Below the pieces are notes generated by a model. It was given only the letters and a program-made list of their open reading frames with translations, was not told the DNA's origin and did not search any database. Shown piece after piece: positions 54,155-64,000 of a DNA stretch of 64,000 nt. The DNA is from the human T2T-CHM13v2.0 reference genome, Homo sapiens, in the NCBI RefSeq assembly GCF_009914755.1, contig NC_060929.1; one strand, given 5' to 3'. Position 1 is the stretch's first letter; the number at the start of each line of letters is the position of its first letter. Position numbers and translations under genes: made by a program.

Positions 54155-55499
54155 TGTATGAGGCATTCTTAATACATCTCTTTTTCTCATATATCATCTG
54201 ATGATTATCTTTGACTGTCATCCATACTCCTCTTCCACAGTTAACACAGTCATGAGTTATGGCCCTGAGTTTGACCTGAGCAAGAATCAATTCTTGATGC
54301 TGTTGACAAAGCTGCTTTTGGACTCACATCATGATCCACATTTCTGAGACAGAGTCAGACACTATAACCAGCCTATCATTGCATTGGATATAAAGTTTGG
54401 AAGCAGAGCCACCAAAAAGTGAAGACAAATCAATAATTTCTTATTCTTCAATAGTAAAGCAATTGTATCCTATTTCTGATCCTAATAGTACCCTTGGAGG
54501 CATCTTTACTGTGTGATCAGATCTCCTCCAATATCCCTCTTACTCCCCAAAACAAACTCAGGATGACAACCATATGAAATTACTATGAGGATGCGGGAAG
54601 ACGTGGATTAGTCACTCAGTGACCTTGTTAGTATTTGTGTTTTGAGTTTCAATAGCCCAGATGATGTTTCATCCAGATGCTAACATCCAGACGCCCTACC
54701 AATTGATGTACTTATTTAAGTCAAGCCACACGATCCTATTTATTCCTTTGCCATTTTATTTGCTAGGATTTAAAATGAAATGTCCTCCTTTGTCTGAACA
54801 TGCACTATCAAAGTTCTTCATCTATCAATAGCAACAGAAAATGCAACGAACAAACCTATTTCTTTTAGATTTATTTTTGTATGTCTCATATTCTCAATGT
54901 CATTTTGTACTACCCTCCCACACCTAAGTGGTCATCTGGCCTTCCCTAATACAGTTCTTTGATTTCATTGAGAACAGCCGTTTGTCACATTTAGGTGGCA
55001 TATGTGCTAATCATGGTTTAATTGGTCTCTCCTGTTCTGTGATGGTACAGGTGTGATGCAAATAAAACCTATATGTGCAATGGAGGTGATTGGAATTACG
55101 GTCAACTGACAGGAGGCATCAACCTCTCGGTGCTTGAATAGCCAGTTTATTGGATCAGACAGGACAATTACCGCAAATGGCCTGTCAGAATGGTTAGAGC
55201 TCCCTACAGGCTTTGAGGCAGGTGTTTGTGCCTTCAGTTTAATCTCTTCCTTTCTAGTTCCAGGCTACATGCAGCCCTTGGCACCAGCAGAAGCATTAAT
55301 ACAGAAATGTGGGGCACCTGCATGCCCAGACCAGTGGATCTGGACTCACTGCCAAATGAGGCATTAGTTCCCTGTGATGCAAGCTGGATTTCTCCAGGGA
55401 AAAGCTAGCCTGACTTGCAATCCTTTATGGATCATCTGAGTATTTGATTTAGTAGAATTATGGATATTTAGAATGCTTTTTCCTGAGTTCTAGTGGAGC

Positions 55500-55650
55500 C
55501 TCTAGAGACTACAACATTCATATCTCTCATTTTATGATTGAGGATTTGGAGTTTCAGAGAGGTTAAGCGAGTGCCCACAGCTCAGCTAGTCAGTGGTAGA
55601 GTCAGGGCGAGGTTCCCTTGTAAGTCTTTGGACAGTGCTGATTACTGGAC
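55500..55650 (-). mobile_element. MIR fragment
   Basis: CTCATTTTATGATTGAGG...CAGAGAGGTTAAGCGAGTGCCCA...CAGCTAGTCAGTGGTAGAG. Confidence 0.65.
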
Positions 55651-57466
55651 CCACAGCTGCCGTCTGAGTGTCCTTTCCTGACACCTGACAGTTTCTGTCT
55701 GTGGAAGGTACTGAAGCCTTAACAGCTTCTAGAGATTGGATAAGCAAAATATATACCTCTATAAAGAAAAGCTACAGACAATTGTTTTCTTCTTTAACTT
55801 CTCTCTTCTGCATGATTTTTTGTATCTCACTACAATCAAAGTAGTAGTTATTCTATGGTGGTGCTTCTCCTTCTGAGTGTTAAAGTTGTTGGAAATCTGT
55901 GACAATTCTGTTATATAGCTAGGCTCTATTTCATACAGTATGGTTGGTCATCAAAGTTTGATTACATAGAAGATGTGTGTTAGACATATCCCTATTTTAG
56001 ATGTGCAGAAGCCGGGCTTCGGGAATGTTTAATAACTTTCCTAAGGTCACCTGAACAGTAAGGCTGGACCTGGGAGTTGAACTTGAGACTGGTTTCCCTG
56101 AAACCTATGTTGTTGACCTCATGGCACACAGTTCCTCAGAACACTGAGCCCTTCCATAGTCATTTAGCTTACTCCCAAGAGTGAATGCAGCCTTGGGATA
56201 ATTTGTTTCACAAGGTTGAGGCATTTCTCAAAACTCCTCTTTCAAGATCAAAATTTGGATGGTAATTTTCCTCTTCTCAGATTATGCCTAGTCAGAAAAT
56301 TGTTTCAATGATCAAACTTGTATCAAACTTGGGGTTAAGGAAATGGGCCTATGCAGTGGTTGGGGTGATGGTCCTGCCTTTCTGAGAAACCCCTGCCAAG
56401 GAAGCCGCTGCTAAGTGTATTAGATGTCAGTTCATTCTTCTCTGAAAGTAACTTAGTTTATTCTTTTTTGGGAATACAATGGTCCTATATTTTTATGTAT
56501 TTATCATGTTCCTTATAGAAATATAGGCCTTGCTACTTAGGCCATTTATGTCAAAACTCAATAATTTCTAGACTAGTAAAAAAATTTGAGCATTGCTGTT
56601 TCATAGACAGTTATAAAGCTGTCAGCTTTCTAGATGGTACTTTTTTAATTTGTGGATTTTTCTCAGAAAACCCCGTGACTTGGAAAGCCACTGTTTTTTT
56701 TTCTAATTTTATTAACAGTTTGTTACACATCTTGTACCTCCTTCATATCCCTTGTGATCATGTACAATTCATCCAGTTTCTGTTATTCTCATTATAAAGG
56801 ACAAAAGTAATAAAGGCGGTAGAATGGCTTGTTAAGAAAAGCCAAGTTCTGGGAGAAATTGGCAGGCACCACTCAGTTATTGGTTTAGGAAAAACGCTTC
56901 TAAATCCTTGCTTGGATGGCAGGACTGAATGTGAAATTTGGGAGGCATTGTGATCCAGATGGTTTTCTTGTTCCCTTGTAAGTCTACATTTTCCTTTTTT
57001 TGGAGGATAAAGACAGAAAAAATGAAAGATAGCAAAACTCAGTTTTTAGTTAGCTTCATGTTGAGCAATTAATCTAGTCAACCCATGTTTTGCATGTACT
57101 GCTTTCCATAATTACCAGTTAGCATATTTGAATATACAAATGAGCACTGTCACCGAGATAAAAACATGACCAGTTTCAAAGCTTGGGGGACATGCACAAA
57201 GAATTATTGCCCTACGTAGAGGTGTTCAAGGCTGAAGATGACCTTGACCACCTTGTCTTTTCTGCCAGGAAGTGATTCAATGCCTATCTGCCTACTTCCC
57301 ATGTCTTCCCAGGCCATTTGTTTTTCTTTATTTCTCTCTGTTTCTTCAGTATTTATCTAATTTTCAGATATTATCATAAATTGAAAGGGTTTGTAATTGC
57401 ATCATTAGGAGGATGAACAGAGGGTTCAGACACTCACCCAAAATCTGCCTGTACCCTTTGATACAA

Positions 57467-57640
57467 GAGTTTTGGATTTTTAGTTTGAATGGGAGTTTGG
57501 TTTGAATTTTCAGTTTGAAGTTTTTTGGAGTTTAGTTTGAATTTTAGTTTAAATTGGAGTTTAGCTTGAATTTTTAGCTTCAAGTTTTTTTTCAGTATTG
57601 TTTGATTTTATTTTGAAGTGGAGCTTAGTTTGAATTGAAT
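57467..57640. repeat. Degenerate C-poor minisatellite
   Basis: Recurring AGTTTGAATTTT units; GGAG anchors at 57492, 57527, 57556 and 57620. Confidence 0.85.
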
Positions 57641-58233
57641 ACAAAACAGTATTCAAGGAGGATGAGAGACAAACATGATGAAGGTATTGTTTTGTCTTTC
57701 TTCCTTGTACAATGAAATGAGTTTGAGTTTATTGGTTAATGGGGTGATGGCCAGAAGTTGTGGGGTTTACAAATTTTTGAATAAGAGGGTTCAGGAACTG
57801 ACTGCCTTAGCAGTGGTGCTTCAGTGTCCAGGTGTCAGAGTATACACAGAATTGAAGAAGGGGAATTATTTAGGCACAGTTTGGCGCCTTTGGAAATGGC
57901 ATCTTGAAGAATTATCTGGAGACCATGCTCTTGCCTAGACACTGGCATTAACAGGATGGAGGTGACCAGCAGTTGCTGGAGGGAGGCTGCCAACATTTGT
58001 GGAGGCGCTTGGAGCAGGAGAGGGAGAACATGTCAGTTTTATATGAGGACTATAGCTGACACATTAGTTTATGGACATGTGTGGGGCACCCCCTGGGAAT
58101 GACAGTGACTGGGGAATATTTTAAGTACCTCTTAGATCCAGTGAAATTCAGGAATCAAGCAATTTTTCATTCATATGAAGGAAGAGCTTATTATATTCAA
58201 GTTAATTTGTTAAGTCTGGTGGGTGCACAAAAC

Positions 58234-58740
58234 TGTGAAGGTCTGAAATGTGATCCTAGTTGCAAGCTAACAAGTCAGCCTACTACAGTTTCATGGTTGC
58301 TGGCAGAAGGCATGAGACTCCTGGTAGGAGACATATAACTTTATTATGCATAGCTTTGAGGCAGCACGAGCTTGATGTTTGAATTTGTTCTTTCTGTTCG
58401 CCATGTTCCATACAATTATGCAGAGGAGGACCTTGCTGAATGCTGCACATACAGTGGATTTGTGTCCCCATGGAAGAACCCACACCTAGGAAACCCTAAA
58501 TTTTTAAAAGTGTTGTTAGCAAACCTGACCAACGTTTGCCTTCAAGGGAGATGCTATCTTTCTTAAACTGGTCGGGAAACAAATCTGCCCTTTGCTCCAG
58601 AAGGAGACACTACCTCTATCTTCCAAGGCTGTTGGACATTCAAACATCTTTGATGAGATAGTCTAGAAAAAAACTGTCAATGCATCTGCTCAAAAGATTT
58701 GCAAAAATGTGAGAGACTCATGAAGGGTTGTCTCCCAACA
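58234..58740 (-). mobile_element. LTR40-like ERVL solo LTR
   Basis: TG...CA ends; TTGCAAGCTAACAAGT, CCCTTTGCTCCAG, CTATCTTCCAAGGCTGTT, terminal TTGTCTCCCAACA. Confidence 0.8.
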
Positions 58741-59178
58741 GTATATCCCAAAGACTCATATTTTTATAATTATTGTAGATGGTTAAACCTGGAATCATTG
58801 GAGTGATACCAGTAGAGGTAAAGTAGGAGGAGTATTTTGAGGGTGTGAAGGTCTGTTTATGTTTATGGAGTTATACCCACTGAGGGTTTTCCTTCTCTGG
58901 TCTATAAATTGGATAAATTTTTCCAAGGTGTTGTCTTGTCTTTCTTGTTATTTAGACTTATCTGGCACAAATGGTTAGGCTAGGTCTACAGTTCTAATAG
59001 GTTTTGCCTTTGGTATGCAAAGGAAAGGCTTCAGACTAAATGTTTCAGTGTCCATTAAAGAGTAGCGACAGAAACCAGAAATCTTATATCCTGTCATTGT
59101 GTAATATGCTGGATTGCTTCAGCAGATTAACTAGAGAATAAGGAAAAATCTACATGAAAGTGAGTGAGTATACGTGGA

Positions 59179-59198
59179 GTGTGTGTGTGTGTGTAGGG

Positions 59199-59240
<42 letters not shown>
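59179..59240. repeat. (GT)n(GA)n compound microsatellite
   Basis: Read directly. Confidence 0.93.
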
Positions 59241-59301
59241 CGAATGGCCTTCTGTATTCAGAAAGAGCCTGTATTCTTTTGTACTTTTAACACTGTTGGT
59301 C

Positions 59302-60189
59302 ATTTGTTTTTTCCTTGTAAATCTGTTTGAGTTCAACAAGTGGGTGAAGGATATGAATAGACACTTCTCAAAAGAAGACATTTATGCAGCCAACAGACAC
59401 ATGAAAAAATGCTCATCATCACTGGCCATCAGAGAAATGCAAATAAAAACCACAGTGAGATATGATCTCACACCAGTTAGAATGGTGATCATTAAAAAGT
59501 CAGGAAACAACAGGTGCTGGAGAGGATGTGGAGAAATAGGAACACTTTTACACTGTTGGTGGGACTATAAACTAGTTCAACCATTGTGGAAGTCAGTGTG
59601 GCAATTCCTCAGGGATCTAGAACTAGAAATACCATTTGACCCAGCCATCCCATTACTGGCTATATACCCAAAGGATTATAAATCATGCTGCTATAAAGAC
59701 ACATGCACACGTATGTTTATAGCAGCACTATTCACAATAGCAAAGACTTGGAACCAACCCAAATGTCCAACAATGATAGACTGGATTAAGAAAATGTGGC
59801 ATATATACACCATGGAATACTATGCAGCCATTAAAAAGGATGAGTTCATGTCCTTTGTAGGGACATGGATGAAGCTGGAAACCATCATTCTCAGCAAACT
59901 ATCACAAGGACAGAAAACCAAGCACCGCATGTTCTCACTCATAGGTGGGAATTGAACAACGAGAACGCTTGGACCCAGGAAGGGGAACATCACACACTGG
60001 GGCCTGTCATGGGGTAGGGGGAGTCGGGTGGGATAGCATTAGGAGATATACCTAATGTAAATGACGAGTTAATGGGTGCAACACACCAACATGGCACATG
60101 TATACATACGTAACAAACCTGCACATTGTGCACATGTACCCTAGAACTTAAAGCATAATTAAAAAAAAATATATATATATATATAAAAC
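59302..60189 (+). mobile_element. 5'-truncated L1PA5-like element with a 5' inversion
   Basis: ORF2 C-terminus open to the native stop (...[10 protein letters not shown]), then 3' UTR and A/(AT)n tail; 59302-59334 is antisense L1; TSD ACAC(T/A)GTTGGTC at 59290-59301 and 60190-60201. Confidence 0.96.
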
Positions 60190-61677
60190 ACACAGTTGGT
60201 CTAGTGTAGCTCACTTGAAAGGCATTTTAAAGCTCTTAGATGTGCTCTCTCATACTTTCAAGACCTGCAAATGATAACCCAAGATTTTTGATGATGATGA
60301 TATTTGGTAAACATGAAATTAACCTTCAGAAACATCACTTCTTAATTCAGATGCTGCTTAACTCAAAGTTTCAGTATTACAGAGTCGTGAAGTTTTTGTA
60401 GGTAGGAGGAGAAAACTAAATCAGTGTTTTTAACTAAGTATTTAAAAAGAAAGTGAAAAGAGGAAAATTGTATGTTTTACAGGTAGAGCATCTTAGGCCT
60501 TTTCATAGCTAATCTGTTTGGAATTCTTTGACTAGGGTGGAATAAATGTATTATATGAGAGGCTCTATTGAGCACAGTGTGATGGTCGCTTATTCTGACT
60601 GTGGCTGTGTCTCACATATCACTGTACCCAGTCAATACTCTATTATTGCAACTTAAGTGGTTTGCTACAGTGTTCCATGCACTGGGTATTAGAAGCTGTG
60701 TTCCCTAATTTCCTAAGCAATAATGGTATAAGCAGTATGCATTTTTTATTATAAAAACTAACAATTGCCTCCTCAGAGCTAATGGTTTTTTATATACTAT
60801 TGGTACCCAGGAGATTTAGTCATAAATCAGAGCAAAATTAAATATGAAATGTGCTAAATTTTGGCAGAATTAGATTTTTCTTTGTAAAGGTTGAAGTCTT
60901 CAGTTTTTCTTGAAATCAAACTTTGGTTTTCTTCCTGGTGCCTTTATTTCTATTTTACTTAAATGAGTGTGTTGTTTCCTGATTAAAATTGATTCAGAAT
61001 AATTATAACAATAATAGTTCATAGCATGGGCCTGGGTAGTATTCCTTGTAGCTCCTGGAGGCTGTCTCCATGCAGCCTTTCTGTTATCAGTTTTTAAATA
61101 TGAACCATATTTGAGATGCAGAAGGAGTAATGGCTATGAACTACATGACAAAGATTGTCACGTGAAAGATCATTTCTGTCTTCAGATGACTGCTGCTTTC
61201 ACAGATCAGGGGCTCTGGGTTCAAGAAAGAATTCACTTGGTGAATTGCCTATCTACTGATTTTACCGTAAATAGAAGGTAAGAAAGGGCAATAGTTTCTC
61301 TCATGAGTAGACGTAATTAAGGGTTGCTAGTGTCCAGGTAGCAAAAGCCCCAGTCCCAAATCAAGGTAGAGTTAGAGCTGCCCTGGGGCGATAGAAACTG
61401 GAAGTTCAAAGTCAGCACAGTCAAACTCACATTCTTATCTCTTTTAGGAGGTCTCTCAGTTTTTCCTTTTTGCTCATCTCTGCACATTCACTTCATTTTT
61501 CTTTCTTTCTTTCTGGGCTTTTTCTGCTTCTTTATACATGACAGAATATGGTAGCCTCACAGGATCCACCCCAGGTTGCATATTTTCAATCCCAGTGACT
61601 GGTCCCAGCCACCAGGTCAGAGTCAGCCTGGAGACCTTCAGGAGTGGGGCCACATTTAAATTAATAGGGAGTGAAGG

Positions 61678-62002
<325 letters not shown>

Positions 62003-62155
62003 TTAAAAGTATTTAAATTGACCAATATTTATGATAAAACCAATTACAGCCACAGTCTGCAGGCCAGATATAGTCTGGAGGTTCCCTGTTTAAGATCCCT
62101 TAACAAGTTTTTCTTAGACCACTCTCCAAATTCAAGGGACACCTAGCTTCATCCA

Positions 62156-62384
62156 CAGGGCTAGAATTGGGATGATGCAAGGGAAGCTCTTGTCTCAGGG
62201 GCAACATTTAAGAGGATCCATGAAAATATCAATAATGTAGATAAATAATGCTTCTATGTAATATTAAAAAATCAAACTAGTGTAAAAATTCCATGATGAC
62301 AAAATAGAAAATTTTAAAGAAGGCAGGATTATTATTACTGATTTTCCTTTTCCTTCAGGCTCCAATATGGCTTAGCACAGCATG
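62156..62384. mobile_element. hAT DNA transposon fossil (MER96/MER91-like)
   Basis: CAGGGCT...ATTTAAGAGG...ATTACTGATTTTCCTTTTCCTTCAGGCTCCAATATGGCT. Confidence 0.65.
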
Positions 62385-62560
62385 TTTGGCCAGGTGTTGA
62401 CTTACAGGCCAGTCAGTTGAGGGCAGGGGAGTGAGTCCCATCAATAACCTGAGGGGTCAGTTCTCAGCAGTAGGGACATGGGCCAGGCAGGTACACCACA
62501 AAAAATATCTGCTAAAGGATGTGTGTTAGAGCATTATACTTTCTTCTGAAATATGGCCCC

Positions 62561-63057
62561 TGGATGAGTCAGTTCAGGTTGCCGTAACAAAATATTATAG
62601 AATGGGTAGCTGAAACAATAGAAATGTATTTTCTCACAGTTTTGGGGGCTGGAAATCTGAGATCAGGGTGCCAGCATGGTTAAGTTCTAGTGTAGGGTTT
62701 CTTCCTAAGCTTCTAGATAGTTGCCTTCTCACCGTATGCTCACATGATCTTTCGTCCATGCGTGGAGAGAAGGAAATAGAGAAAGGGGGAGGGAGGGAGA
62801 GGGAGACAGAGAGGGGGAGAGATGGGAGGAGAGAGAAAGAGAGAGTGAGGGCATGAGCAACGAGAGAGCAAACTCTCGGGTGTCTCTGCTTCTAAGGACA
62901 CACGTCCCATCATGAGGGCTCCACTGTCATGACCTCATCTAACCCTAATTACCTCCCAAAGGCCCCATCTCCAAATATGGTCGCAGTCACCATGAGGTTA
63001 GGGCTTCAATATGTGCATTTGGTGGGGGAGTGGGAAACAAACATTCAGTCCATAATG
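62561..63057 (-). mobile_element. MLT1A-like solo LTR with internal GA-rich expansion (about 62765-62870)
   Basis: CATGACCTCATCTAACCCTAATTACCTCCCAAAGGCCCC; 5-bp TSD GCCCC at 62556-62560 and 63058-63062. Confidence 0.9.
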
Positions 63058-64000
63058 GCCCCCAAAGATTAGAAATACACTTCAAACATTTTTAACTCTT
63101 CTTTAATGGTCTTTCTTGGATTTCTCATGTGTAAATTTTTACTTCTCTTTGTTTAAATTTAGTTATCTTTAGACAGTGTTGTCAAAATATAAGCCCAATA
63201 AATTTTCAGATTTTGTCATTGACTTCTTATTTCAAGTAAGTTGCCAAAAGAGTAGCTTTTTGTAAAGCTGACTGACTCAAAGATTTAACTAGAACATGAG
63301 GCTTGCGTGTTTAACAATTTCTTAAACCCCCAGGACCTGACCAATAATTACGCTTCCAATCCATAAGAAGACAGAAACATTTAGCATATGGTTTTTCTTT
63401 CTTGTCTAGAATCAATCAGAATGTGTCACTTTGTAGCTTGCTATGGTCAATCAAAATGTTGTGCCTAGTTCTTCTAAATGTAAACCTCCTAAAGACATTT
63501 TTCAGAAAAGACTGTCAAATTATTAAGTGATAGGAATGTTGGTAGAGAAAATAAATTCCTTTAGACATTTTATAGGTACTGAAAAATTAGGAAATGCTTT
63601 TATTTTTTTTTACTCTCCTCAAGGGATGTTTTGGTTTTGATTTCAAACACCATATTGGAAAACATTTTAACTGTGAATATAATTCTGAAAACACTTCGAG
63701 CCCTGACAATATCTGTCCTGGGCAGCTTCGTATCAAGCTGGCAAAACAGATCCTGAAAAAATAGGGGAGTATTTTTGTTTTCAGAGTGCTTTATATGCAA
63801 TTCCCCAGAAACAGCTCAAAAAGATAGATACTCTTTTCTAAAAGGTTGCTGGTTTAGCACTTCCCAACTTATAAAGGTTGGAATTTCCCACTGGCTCAGC
63901 GGAGAGATTTGTATCAGTTATTTTAGACTCACTTAATAGCACATTTGTGTTTGAGATGAAGCGTGAGTCCCACCAGACAAAGTAAGATTGTTCTTAAAAA

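Overview
Hominoid (human or great-ape) genomic DNA: it carries an SVA, about 20 Alu/FLAM copies, primate L1PA fragments and many old mammalian repeats (MIR, L2, L1M, MaLR/ERVL LTRs, hAT MERs). I recognise no protein-coding exon, RNA gene, CpG island or CRISPR-like array. Most of the longer listed ORFs are Alu, SVA, L1 or simple-repeat artefacts, and the rest look like short chance ORFs. LTRs, the SVA, most L1 pieces and 14 of 20 Alus lie on the minus strand, which suggests an intron of a large plus-strand gene that I cannot name. I did not find a convincing new biological system. The best observations are local: a ~240-bp templated copy of an old LTR segment inserted into an L1 end 1.9 kb away, a 51-bp hairpin-containing direct repeat, an L1PA5-like insertion with a ~33-bp twin-priming inversion, an L1 5' fragment nested in a MER5, a nested-period C-poor minisatellite, an unexplained CpG-containing minus-strand reading frame with a splice donor, and several repeat-free, motif-dense enhancer-like blocks. 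Repeat family names come from recalled consensus sequences, not from a search, and boundaries of old repeats are approximate.
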